Origin: Rhina ancylostomus
Lineage: Eukaryota
Length of the DNA stretch: 64,000 nt
Direction of reading: 5' to 3'
Assembly: GCA_030265395.1 (NCBI GenBank)
Contig: JARFYF010000017.1
Span: 26,260,856-26,324,855 of the forward strand
Below the pieces are notes generated by a model that made no database searches, had not been told where the DNA came from, and was given only the letters and a program-made list of their open reading frames with translations. Position 1 is the stretch's first letter, and each line of letters starts with the position of its first letter. The translations under genes were made by a program, and so were the position numbers. Shown one piece after another: positions 50,161 to 62,880 of this stretch.

Positions 50161-52054
50161 GCAAAGTGCAAAATGCCTGTAGGGCGGGAAACAGAATAAT
50201 GTATTGTAAAATAAGTTAAATTTTTGTACTGCATAAAGGATGCCGGAGGAGAGGAAATTATTCCTTTTTACTATTATAAATGTAGTTGTTTTATTTGGTT
50301 ACTTTGTGCAGTCATCTAACAGATGTGTAGATATTACATTCCATCTCAAAAGATATGGGTTGCACATCAAGTTAGGGAAGGTAGAGGAACAACAGATCAT
50401 TTCTCATTAACACTAAGGCATTGGACTCTGTGTCCATGAGTCTGCTTTTCAAACTGCCACATATTTATCTTGACTGTAAGGGGTCTAAACTGAACTTGTG
50501 CAGAATGTGAGTATCACCTGGCATTAAAGGACTTGTTCTGAGATGGTGGTTCTGTGCTGGAACATTGCCAACCATGCTTCATAATTCCATCGCTTCACAT
50601 TTTCTTCTGACTGGTGCCCAGATGCAAATGTTGAATTTTACATTCTTTAGTAAAACTGACGTTTATTTCAGTGAGCGGAGAACAGTTTTAAAAATGTGAT
50701 TTTTTTTCAGTACATAAATATGTACAAAATTGATGAATACGTATTGCAGACAATAAAAGTGTCATATTTTATAGCGGTGTCAAGATTAAACCAGTGTAGA
50801 GTCTGGTTTGGTCAGATTATACATTGCAGCCCTGATTCTAAACTTTCAAATATCTTTTCCTTTTCCAATGATTCAGAAAGATAAATTATTTTTGGTGATA
50901 AAGCTTTTATTTTGCACATGCACATGACTAAGATTTAATGTGAAAAATCCTTCTGCAGAGAGAATCTATCTTGCAAAATAAAATCCCACGGGAGTAAGTC
51001 TTAATCGGTACTGCTCTATTTTGCAGTGCAAACTCAATGTACTGAAAAAGGGGGTTTATGCACTTCACACCTTTAAATGATACTTTGAAAATAATCTGAA
51101 AAAATATTCTTACTATTCTCAGCGACTCTAATAGATAGCGTTGTTTGGTGGTTCTCCAGATTAAAATAAAATTAATACATCTCGAATTTGGATTTCTGTA
51201 TATTTTGTGTACAAACATGTAGTACTAATGCTGACCTGGACATTACCCAAAAAATTGTGAAACTGGTATATCCTTGCATTAAGAACTGGCGATCATGGTT
51301 TAGTCCCTTTATGAAGCATTAAAGTACAACATGTGTGGTAATGCTAGACTCAGAGACTGAGAGAGCAACAATCGCTGCACCTCCCAGAGAGAAGACCACC
51401 CTGAGCATGGAGTAAGATGATCACAAATCCATGAGCACAGGTGGTCCTGACACTGGACCCAGCTCCTGCAATCAGTGGCAACACTGGATCATAGATCGAG
51501 CGACTCGTGACCTGTGGTTACTGGTTTAGAGAAGTTTCAATCTGTACTAGGGCTGTCGGCAACAAATTTTGTGGAAATAAATTTTTACAGAGGATGATTT
51601 TTAACACATAAAAATTATATCCCGGGGCACTCTTTAAATTATGCTTTGCTCCTTACTTTCAGCCTGATGTACTCATCGTTGAACTGTGAGTTAATTGCCA
51701 AGATCTTAATTCACAACCTTTTGTTCCAATCTTTGTTGGAAGCTAATGAATGGATCTGCACATGGGATGGCATTATCTTCTGCACAAAATACAAAGGGAA
51801 ATTACATCAAATTTGGAGTGTGATGTCATTCCAATTCCTGGGTAGATGAGGCTCAACAGGAAATGACACAAAGACTCCAAAATCTAATTCAATTTCTTGC
51901 CTATAGTTCTCAGTTATTAGATTATTAAAATTAAAATTCCATCCACTTTTCCTCAGTGTAGTACTGAAAAAATCAAATATTTGTAAATTTTAAGGATGAA
52001 TGAGGAGGTTAACAGCTGAGAGCATTGTACCAGTAGAGGATAGAGCCCTCTGCA

Positions 52055-52350
52055 TCTTAAGGACATTCCAAAGTGCTTCTAAACCTGTGAACTACTTTAT
52101 GGATAAATAGATTAATTTATTCCAATCAGGGCCCTCCAATGAACAGATGCTGTGAATGACCAGTTAATTTGCTCTTTGGAGGTGTTGACTGAATGTGTCT
52201 ATATTACCCCTCTTTGAATAGTGTCTATTATCTCCACCTGAATAGATATCTAAAGACCACACTTCTACCAATGCAGTGCATTGCTTGAGCCTTAATTATA
52301 CCTTTAGGCCCAAGGGTGGGCCTTGAGTCTGTGGTATTGAAAGGTTATAC
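52055..52350 (-). mobile_element. Deu-domain SINE, degenerate
   Basis: aggacattccaaagtgctt...aatgaccagttaatttg...ctctttgaatagtg...tccacctga...caatgcagtgca. Confidence 0.55.
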
Positions 52351-54189
52351 CAAGGCAAACATGTACAAAGATAAAAAGGGACATGTACAATGATGATTGC
52401 TGATCAATGGAGTGTAGAAAAGGTACCAATAACAGAGCACTACCTGCTAGATACAATGGAATGCCTCCACCCAACAACTCGCAGCATTGATTTTCTGCTC
52501 ATTGTCTTAACGTTGAAATTAAACAGCTGTCACCAATACACCAGGCTGCTTCTCTAATCTTCCTTCCTGCATTTAACCCCAATATTGGTTGGAAAGCCAA
52601 GCCATGATTCCATGGATGAACTCCGTGGGATACTGCAGTGCAGAACTGTAGATTAAACAGTAGATCCAGTGAGGTGATGGCCTAGAAGTTATTTCACAGA
52701 GTGCAACATTTATCACACTGTGTGACCACCCATGGAAAATTGAGCCTTAATAACAAATATGGAGTCTGCTTCTGCAAACATAAAGGGGAGCAGTCTTATC
52801 TGTTTTTTAAATCTGATGCATGGATTCCCTGGTAGGTCCTCATGAAGATTTTATTTGATGCTCATTTCCTGTCCACCATCCCTTCCCTCTCAACTGGGCC
52901 ACCCACCACTGGATCTGTGCAGGTGGATTACATGACCAGCTAAGCCAGTTGCCCCAGTTATCAAATATTGGTCCCAACAACGTAGAACAATGGCTAGCAA
53001 AGAGTGCACTTAAATTGAGGGGTGCAAATGATGAATACATCACTGGAGTTGCTGTGCTACAGTGAAAATGAATGCTGCTGACACACAGTCATTAGACCAC
53101 CATAGGAGTCAGATGAATTGGGCTGATGAAACCAAAACCAATACAAAATGAAATAAAAGATGTTATCACTTAGTACATCCATTCATCACTTCTTTTTAGC
53201 TGCCAATATCACAAGGTCATAAACCGTTGAAAATTTTTTTCAACACATTTAGCAAAATGTTATTGGATATATACAGTAGGGATGGCAAAATGCAAACTGT
53301 GCTCCTGTCATCTTCTAGAGGAGAGTATGTATCAATCCTACAAGCTAGAATAATATTTTGTGAAGTTGGTCCACAGAAGATACAAGACTTAGAAATAACA
53401 ATGTGACCGATGAGCTGGTGGGGAATCTGCATCTCAGGCCTGAAGCACAACAACACAGTGTTGCCTGTGACACTGCAAGAAGTTGCCAGTGAAGAGGTTT
53501 GGTGTGCTGATGGTACCAAAGTGCCCTTTGGATTGGGGACCAGAAACTGATTTAGGGCCTGAATAATGAGACACAGAAATTCCGGCCTGAGTTTGCCATG
53601 GATTACAAAGATTGGATTCAAGGCAGAGCAGAGCCCAGAGAGAAGGCCAGAAGCAGTGATGGACTGATGACTGTATGTCAGGAAGTTCACTTGTTTTCAA
53701 GCTTGGACTGTCTTTACAGTCTTTAATCAAGAGCTGGGAGGATATCTCTGCTCATTCTTTTCACCATTATTTTGCCTTTTGAATTGATCATACCCCCATT
53801 CTTTTCCATGTTGCAGAAAAATCTGTATGTTTTCATGACTCAGTAAAGGTATAATAGCATAAGTGGTGATCTGAATATAAAAAAGACAGTCAGGCTCCAA
53901 GTTAACAGAGGTCCAGAGAGGTGCCTGTTGTTAGTTGTAAAGTCACTCAGCAACCAATTCATTTGAAAGAGGACAGAAACAAAATGGTTTTATTCTCCCT
54001 TGGTAGCCCCCATTGCTGCACTACTTAGTCTTTATTCCATACAGGCCCATTTGATGCAGGATCATTCTGCATCCTCGCCACTTCTATTTCCTGAAGAGAC
54101 CGACAAAGTAAAGAGCAGTCTTTTATTGATGCCTGATCGTCTGGTCCCTGACCCCAAAGGCACTTCCGGCATCCCTTGAGTAAATAAGT

Positions 54190-56110
54190 GAATCACAGAA
54201 TCACAGAATGTTTGCAGCAAGGAAGCAGGCCAGTTGGCCCATCATGTCTTTACTGACTCTATGTAAGAGAAGCCCAGCCACTCCCACTCCCCCTTGGCCC
54301 TGTGAGTTATTTTTCTTTCAGATGCTCATCCAGCTGCCTTTTGAATACCACTATTCAATCTCCCTCCCCTACTACTATTGGCAATGTATTCCAGGCTCCT
54401 GTGCACTTATTGGACTAAATGTTTCCCCCATACAACTTTTAGTTCTTTTGTCAATCACCTTCATGCTCTGTTGCCTTGTTCTGGCACCCCTCTTGCCCCC
54501 ACCACCCACCAGCCAATGGGCAATATATTCTCACTTTGTCCATACCTTTCATGATTTTAAATACCTCTATCAGACCTTCTCGTAACCTCTTTTGTCTCAA
54601 GGAGAACAACCAAAGCTTCTCCAGTCTACCCATATAACTGAAATCCCTCATCTCAAGACTCATTTTGGTAAATCTCTATTACTCTCTTTCTAACGCTTTT
54701 ATATCTTTCCTAAAATGAGAAAACAGTAACCGGACACAGTGTTCCAGCCATGGCTGCACCAGTGGTTTATAAAGGTATGTTCATCGCTTCCTTACTCTTG
54801 TATGCCTTTATTAATAAAGTCCAGGATCCCATATGCTCATTCTACCAGTCTCTCTACTTCTCCTTAACATTAATTACTATCCTCCTCATCTTTCTCTGTG
54901 CTTCCAAGTTTTGTGTTGCTTGGAAATTTGAAGATTTCTTTGCTGTAAACCCAAGTGCAAGCCAGTGATATATTTTAGTAAAACAGTGGTTTTCATTCTG
55001 ACCCTGGGAAATTACACTTCCTTCAAGACTGAAAATCAGCCTTTAACTATAATTCCTGTTATATTCACAATCTCCTATCCATACTGCTACAGCTCCTTTT
55101 GTTCCATTGTCTTCAATCCTGATGACAGGATGATGATGTGGGACTTTGTCAATTGAAGTCCATATATACCACCTTTATTAACCCTTTATTTCCTTTATTG
55201 GTCCTCCCTTTCATGGCATCAAAAAAGCTCCTTCAATTTGGTTGGACAAATTTTCCTTCAAAACATTCGTGAGGGAATTTTCTAATTAATCCTTGCCTAC
55301 CTGAATACTACTCAGTCCCTGATTTTTGTTTCTGGAACTTTTCCCACTATCCTAGTCTGTTACTGGGTTTGTCTCTCAAAATTTTTTGAACAAGGATGTA
55401 AAGTTCACAATTTTCCAGTTGGCAAGCACCACCTCTGAATCGCTAAATGTTTAACATATTATGCCCAGGGCTATGCAAATCAACCTCGGATGCATCCCAT
55501 CTGCACCAGGTGATTTATCCACAGTAAGGGTAGTTAGTTTTTCAGCATCTTTGCTTTATTAGAATCTCATCTATTGATTCTCCAGCAGTGTCTTCTTCCT
55601 TGATGTAAAATCCTCATTCAGTACCTCAGCCGTGGCCTCTGATTCCAAGAGTAGATGTCCTCTTTGCTCTCTGATTGACTCCAGCTCTTCTTTGACAACC
55701 TTTTCCTTTTTAATTCCATGTAGAATATTTTTGGAATACAGTCCATTTTTGCTGCCAATGTTTTCTCATGCTCTGTCTTTGCCTCTTTTCTTTCCACTCT
55801 GAACGCTCTGCTCTCAGCCAAGTTCTTGCTTGCGTTAATGATCTTCATTGTCATATAGTCTTTTTTTTCCACTCCATTTTAATCTCTTTCCTTTTGGTCA
55901 TATTTGGAGCTTTGTCTTTAAGTTTCCAACATTTCTTCCTCATGGGAATCTATCTAGAACAGAATTGAAAGACCTCTACTTCAAAGGCATCCCATTGTTC
56001 ACTTTCAGATTGCCTGCCAAATTTTGATTCCAATCTACCTGGATAAGATCAGTTCTTATCCCACTGAAAATGACTCTTCCCCAGTTGACTATCCAAAGCC
56101 CCTTCTACTA
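54190..56110 (-). mobile_element. CR1 LINE, 3' end plus degenerate, internally deleted ORF2
   Basis: Terminal gaatcacagaatcacagaat; MRDFSYMGRLEKLWLFSLRQKRLREGLIEVFKIMKGMDKV; upstream DKSPGADGMHPR-like and EKTLAAKMDCIPKIFY segments. Confidence 0.8.
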
Positions 56111-56195
56111 ATTCTAAAGCTCTAATTAGTGGTGCCAAGCTCTCAAGTAAGCTGGGCACACATTGGAAAATACGTTTGTAGACAATTAAATGTAG

Positions 56196-57232
56196 GTCAA
56201 ATCAAGTCAAGTCACGTCAAGTGTAGTATCATGTGCCCAAGCACGGTGAGGTACTGGTACAATGAAAAGCTTCTTTGCAGCAGCATCACAGGCACATAGG
56301 TTTAGATAAACACAAAATATAAATTACACATACAAGACAGTGAAGAGAAGAAAGACTGTGCAAAACAAGACGTTAGTGCTAAAAAACACAACCAGAGAAA
56401 AGCCCATGGTTGTGCAAGAAGTGGTCTGCCGTGTTCCATTGCTGAGGTAGGACTGGGATTGTGCAGGTCAGTTCCAGAACCTGATGACTGTAGGAAAATA
56501 GCTGTTCTTGAACCTGGTGGTGTGGGACTTCAGGCTTCTGTACCTTATGCCTAGTGGCAGCAGCAAGATCCAGATGGTGGGGATCTTTGATGATAGATGT
56601 TGCTTTCTTGAGGCAACGCCTCCTATAGATGCTGTCAGTGGTGGGGAGGAAGGTACAGAGGCCCAGATCTTGGTGGGTTGATGATGTTTGGAGGGGATGA
56701 TTGTGTTGAATGCCAAGCTGTAGTCAATGAACAGCAGCCTGACGAATGCATTACTGTTGTCCTGATGATCTGGAGCAGAGTTGAGAGCGGTGAAATAGCA
56801 TCTGCTGTTGCTATGTTGTGGTGAAAGGCAAATTGAAGGGGACGCAGGTTATTTCTGAGGCTGGAGTTGATTTGCGCCATAACCAAGCTCTCAAAGCATT
56901 TCATTACAGTGGATGTAAGTGGTAGTCATTGAGGCAGGTCACCATGGTCTTCTTGTGTACAGTACTATAGATGCCCTTCTAATGCAGGTGGGAACCTCAG
57001 ACTGCAGAAGCGAGAGGTTGAAGATGTTGGCATTGGTTTATTATTATCACGTGTGCCGAGGTACAGTGAAAAACCAGTCTTGCATACAGTTCGTACACCC
57101 TTGAATACACCAGACAGCTGGTCTGCACAGTCTTCAGCACTTGGACAGGTACACCATCTGAGCCAGACACATTTTGTGGGTTCATCCTCTTGAAGGATGT
57201 TCTGATGTCAGGCTTGGAGACTGAGATCACAG
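56196..57232 (-). mobile_element. Rex1/Babar non-LTR retrotransposon, truncated and internally deleted
   Basis: ISVSKPDIRTSFKRMNP..SGSDGVP; MKCFESLVMAQINSSLRNNLRPLQFAF; AFNTIIPSK; RYRSLKSHTTRFKNSYFPTVIRFWN; (CTTGA)n-like 3' tail. Confidence 0.88.
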
Positions 57233-57313
57233 TGAATATCTTAGGTTATCAGGATCACACACCAGAAAGTGGGGTTGAGTGATGAAGTGAGAGAGTATAA
57301 TGCTCGGCCTGAT

Positions 57314-57365
57314 CCACTGAAAAATCTGTGGGCAGTGGATCACCCACTAAAAAATCTGTGGGTAG
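57314..57365. repeat. 30-bp-period direct duplication
   Basis: ccactgaaaaatctgtgggcag / ccactaaaaaatctgtgggtag. Confidence 0.85.
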
Positions 57366-59341
57366 ATTCTTCCAGCCAAATGTTTTCTGCTGTGGGCAGT
57401 GAAACTCTGCTATTTTCAGTGTATTGTACCTCTCTGGGTATTTCCCTTCTTGAAACTTGTATCATTTCACTTCCTTGTATTATTTTGACTGCAAATAAAT
57501 TCGAACAAGTAATTGAGACTCTGTGCATTGGCCTGGAAAAGTAGTATTTCCCAGCTTTATAAAGAAAGCAGATGCATGCTGCCCTAAATAGAAAAAGAAT
57601 ATATAGATTACATGGAGGAGGACATACCTTTTGCTTTATAAGTGGCTAAGCCAGTTTATGGAAATCATTACATAGTCATAGACATGAGATTAAATGCCTG
57701 GTTAAAACTTAAGCCACAGTAAACATATTGTTACAATGGCTCTATATATTTTTGTAATCTGACTCTTACTGATAACAAATCCAAGCTAACATTTCCCTGA
57801 TGATGAGAACTTTGAATTCTATTATGAATTACAATGCGAAATCTACACAGTTATAAAATAACAGTGTTGCAGTCCTTTGGCCTTCCATGTACCCAGACTG
57901 TCATACTTCGTATGTGAAAACACTTTTAAGAAGAATTGAATTTAAAAGGTTAATTGTAAGTTCATTGTAAATTTGCATGGTGCTTTTAAGAATATTATTT
58001 AAAAAGCCCATATGAACCGGTAGCAACGGAAGTTAAAGACACCAGAAAAAAATGTGAGTGGCAAGCCAGGACAGGAAATGTTATTAGGCTTTGACCCAAA
58101 TGGCATAGATGAAATGTGTGTGCTTATGTTGCAATGACATGTTCTTTTAACAATGATAAACTGCAAAGTGCTGAAAATGAGTTTGCTTATCCATGCTTGC
58201 ACCTTCAAAGTTTTCACTTTTTTTTACAGTACTTAAGAGGTTATCAGATTGTTTTTTGATCTCTGTAAGGCACAAGTGGCAACAAATTATGTTACCTACA
58301 TTATAAGGAAAGCTTCACAAGGATACAAAGAATAGTTTACATAGAAAAGCAAAAAGGGACAATCCAAACAACATTTTTCATTAAAATATATTTTACAGCA
58401 TAGTTCAAGTCCCTAAAGCCATCATATAACCCTTGTTTGATACTGTATTCTTTACAACATTACACATTGTTCAAATATTGAATGTCTTTGTGAGTTCCAT
58501 CAAAACACTGACACTCACTGATACTCCCACAATGCATTCACCCCACGCACACTCATCTCTACACTTGTCTGCATGTTTTCTTTTTAAAGTATACTTAATC
58601 TTTTGTCCCACGCAATCCCTTTCACCATCTCACAACACCATTTCATCCGCCTTGAGTCTCTCTTGTCTCAGCATTACTGTCAGCAACAGTTTGCTGTCTG
58701 TCCAACAAATCTTCCTTCCAAGCCTTAAGAAACCTCCAGAACTACTGTCATGGCAGGATTTCCACCTGTTTACTGACAGAGGAAACACAAGGCTGGATAG
58801 CAGAGGTGGAAGTTTGGTTAGGGGTGAGTTATTCTAATTCATTCACATTTAGCTGCTTAGGGTGTTTCTTGCTGGAAGTGATGCAAGGCCACAAAATTAT
58901 GTGGCATATTTTCCTTCATTACATTCATTATTAAATTGATGAAGTGTCAGAACACAACAAGTGTTCTGCATTGGTGGGATATGTGTTTCTCTGTTAAAGG
59001 TATAGAGGTCACAGCAGAAGGTAGAATCCACGTGTCTGATAATCCCTAATATCAGGCTTTTCCCAGTATTATAAATGGCAGCAATGTTATTTTTATTTCT
59101 GCTCCCCCCTTTAAATCACTGCAAGTTTTTAGAAACTGTAGCAGCCACTTCACATTCCCTGCGCATTTCTCTATCAGTGACCACATTACCTGTATCCCAC
59201 CTAAAAAAACTGAACCTGCGATCTCTGTAGTGCATCCATGGTGCTACTATTTTGCATAACTTCTTTGTCTTTTGTTATGAAAGTTTAAATTGGTTTATCA
59301 ATATGGCTTAACTAATACTTCTCATTTCTCATATTTTCTCA

Positions 59342-59630
59342 TGACACGGAATGAGGCCAGTTGGCCATAAGATCTCTCTGCTGGTTCCTGGAGTAATCCC
59401 ATTCCCCCACATCCTATTCTTTTTCCTATTACTCCAATATCATTAGTATCTACCTACATTAGAGGAAATTTACAGCACCCAGCAACCAGGCTTTTAGGAA
59501 GTAGGAGGAAACTGGAGAACCCAGGGAAAATGCACACAATCTTACGAAAAACTTGCAAACTCCACACAGACAGCACTGGAGGTCAAGACTGAATTTTGTT
59601 CTTGTTGGAGTGTGAGGCAGCAGCGCTGTA
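59342..59630 (-). mobile_element. HE1 / V-SINE, near full length
   Basis: The rc has a tRNA-like head (gcgctgctgcctcacactcc), V-domain gtctgtgtggagtttgcaag...ctgggttctccagtttcctcc, and a CR1-type tail. Confidence 0.8.
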
Positions 59631-60687
59631 TGGCATGAGAGTTTGAAATGTGTTGTAGCCTGTATTTGATGGGATGGGATGGGTTGTTGCTACTAATGAA
59701 GGCATTAGAAGTCAGAGATCAAGTGTGGTGAAATACTTTAATTTTCTTTATTTTTCAATTTTTTTAAAAGTTTAATGCATTTTAAATAAATGTATTAATG
59801 TTCACATGTATTTAATTGTTTTCTAATTACTTACATAGGGAATACTGAAGGTGCATCAGGAGAGTCCAGGACAGGCTTTATTTCCAGTTGCTCACTGCCT
59901 AGTTTGTTTCTGTGCCCTGCTCTGTCATTGGGAGGCAGTGACACCGGCAGGACCTCACCGAGACATGTGAACAAATCATGTAATGTCTATGCAGTGCCAG
60001 GGTTATTTGGAATTCAGCCACAAGGCATGGGCCAGGCTAAATACCATCCAGCTCATTGACAGCATATTCCAAATTAGCGCCATTTGATGCAAGTTTGGTG
60101 GAGTACATTTTATGTATTTGCCACATAACATAATCAGGACCTGCAGGCTTTTGCCTAGCCCTCCATATATTTCCTATGGAAGAAACTCCTTGAACAAACT
60201 TGCACCCAGAAAAGGGGAAAAAATTGTGCTGTTGCTGCTGTAGAACTGCAAGGTCTGTGTTGATGATGATGCAGCAGGCAGCTGATGAAAGGCAGTCACT
60301 CTCCTGCTCATCCAAGCAGGTTTGAAGAGGTTGCTGGCAGATCTACCTCAGGTCTTCTCATTTGAAGCCGCTGAATTCAACCCCTAATGTCAGACGTCAT
60401 CACCTCTGTTCTAATTTTGGACCTCACAAGGAAATGAGCACTCCTTGACTTTCTCCCTCTGTTTTTGTGATAATCAACACATTGTCTTGATCACAGAAGT
60501 AAAGATAAATGCTTTGAGGCCTCGTGCCATTTTTGGGGATGCCTTCTCACCACATGTTGGTCTGATGTTGTTTCATTATTAATTAGCATTGGCTCGCCTG
60601 GTCTACATTGAGCTGAGTATGCGTGTGGGAAAGATCAAGTTTATTAATGGTGTTCATTCCTGCCAACTCCACATGCAGGTGGTACTT

Positions 60688-60815
60688 CCAAATGAAGGGT
60701 CTTGACCCCAAGTGTCGACTGTCAGTTTCCCCCCATAGATGCTGTCTGACCCATTGAGTTCCTCCAGCAAATTGTCTGTTGCTCCAGATTCCAGCATCTG
60801 CAGTGTCTGTGTCTC
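60688..60815 (+). mobile_element. Penelope-pLTR-derived repeat (solo arm with tail)
   Basis: CAAATGA-AGGGTCTTGACCC-CAAG-TGTC-GACTG...gagttcctccagca...ccagattccagcatctgcagtgtctgtgtctc. Confidence 0.85.
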
Positions 60816-62109
60816 CAAGTCTGTATCCATGATCTTACTCTGAATATGTTCACAGCACCAAATGGTTGCTTGTTAAAGGAATCTTGCTGAGCTTCTGATA
60901 GTACATGTCCCTTCCCAGAGTAACCTACAGCAAATGTTTGCTTATTTCAGGATTTTGGCTGTTTACCCTCATGGTTGTTATGAAATCACCATTGTTATTT
61001 TTCTTGCTGCCACCTATAGAATATACAGTATGTTATTTAACATGATGCCCTTTCTGGCAGTCCCCATGTTGAACAAAAATTTTTGTCTCTGTGGCAACCT
61101 TGAACAAAGCAGTAGATAATGAAAATATTCTTTGTGCTTTCTTTGTGGTCCTCATTCACTTCAAGAATGTTTGCTTGAGTTCCTTGTGGTTTCTCATTGG
61201 ATTTACTGCTTTTCTGCCTGGCTGTATGTGAACCATCGCTATCTGCAGTCATTATACCTTGTCTGCCTTTGTAGGCTGACACTATACATCCCATGTTCCT
61301 GCAGGTAAAACAACAAACCATCCTAAGATGAGAGAATTTCACACCCACCTGACTCTGGTTCAAAAAAGAAGCCACCACCAGTGCCTCAAGCTTGCAAACT
61401 GCATGCACATATGCATCCTATGCTGACTGAAACACTCTTGTGTATTTTGATACCATTTCCATGGCAGCAATGACTTTACATGCCCGGTCAAAGGTGATAT
61501 CTTGTGTATTGAAGAGTTTCACCTGAATGTGCTCATCTTTACAAACAATTCAATTCCTCATTGTCCATTCTAGGAACATAGATAATTTCTTCAGACTTTT
61601 GGCAGTGATTGCCAAATTTATTATTCTCAAATTTTTTGATGGTGCTGGGTTAAAGATGATCTTGTGGCATTTCATTAATCTAGTTCAACAGAACATTATT
61701 GTCAGCAAATTAACTAATGTTGAGCAGGTACACAAATTTATCTCTATTTTTCATTCACGAATATTCTCGTTTTGTGTACTCTCACCTTCACCCATTACTT
61801 CTGTAAAATTACTGAAATAGAAAAATGTCTCCAATCACTCCAATTAAATGTTGAAAGTCTCCTGCAATTAATCATAGTTGCCTAATTTGCAGATATACCC
61901 TGTGTAAGTATGGCCTCCCATCTTCTTTGTGCTCTGTTTCATCTTCACTATCTTCTAATCTTTTGAACTGTGGTCTACAAGTTTCACTTGCCATCATTTC
62001 CTTCAGTGAAGTTTCTGATAGTTTCTAGTTCACCCCAAGTATACATGGCCTTACAATTTCCACCAGGATTGTTCTGTCTCACATGGACGGNNNNNNNNNN
62101 NNNNNNATC

Positions 62110-62880
62110 CTCATTGCCGGTATCAATCCATTGTGCTATTTACCATCATGGTTGTTTTGAAATCCCTATTGTTACCTTTCCTGCTGCCGTGCTCTAGGAA
62201 ATGGATAAGGACTCAAGAACTAAAAGAAGGTAGGGCAGTTTATTTGATATCCCTCCCAAGTGCTAGCCAGAGAAGGCACAGTCCATGTAACATTGACATC
62301 ATCAGCATAATTACATACATTACACTGCCAATCCTGAGAACTGACTCTGTTTCAGTGAAGAGTGTAGGAGGGCAGCGCCAGGAGCAGCACCAGGGTCCAT
62401 CTAACAATAAAGTGCTAAGTTGATGAATTTATTACATCAAAGAACCATGTGCTGCTAAATAACAGCAACAGGATGCTACAGACAGAGCAACACAACTCCG
62501 CAACAAACAGATTACATTAAAGCTTTCTGGTTTTACTACATCTTGGTGACAATGGGCAATTAAACAACTTATGAGGAATGGAGACTCCATGAAAATCCCC
62601 AACCTCAATGAGAGTAGAGCCCTTCTCAAGAGTGTAAAAGGCTGAAGTACTATAACCATCTTCAGTCAAAAGTATAAAGTGGATGATCCCTCAGCTCCCT
62701 CCCAAGGTTTCTAGCATCATAGATCTAATCTTCAGACAATTCAATTGGAACGTATCACTAATCCTTCATTGTCACTGTGTCTAAATCCTAAAACTCCCCA
62801 CCCAACGGCACTGTGGAGTACTTTCATCTGAAGGACTGCAGCAGTTCAAAAAGATATATAGCCATCCACTCTGCTCACTT
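62110..62880 (+). mobile_element. CR1-like LINE (second family): upstream ORF2 region fused to the 3' end by a large deletion
   Basis: ggagactccatgaaaatccccaacctcaatga...catcttcagtcaaaagtataaagtggatgatccc, then ccttcattgtcactgtgtctaaatcctaaaactccc...ggactgcagcagttcaa. Confidence 0.6.

Larger units (their letters stand above)
1780..62106. other. Assembly gaps at 1780-1869, 7598-7697, 22975-23074, 25640-25695, 39502-39657, 40318-40601, 62091-62106
   Basis: N runs; several abut retroelements. ORFs spanning them are artefacts. Confidence 0.99.

Noticed and set aside
60037-60315. Minus-strand 92-aa ORF as an exon
   Set aside because: Weak splice signals and no recognisable homology.
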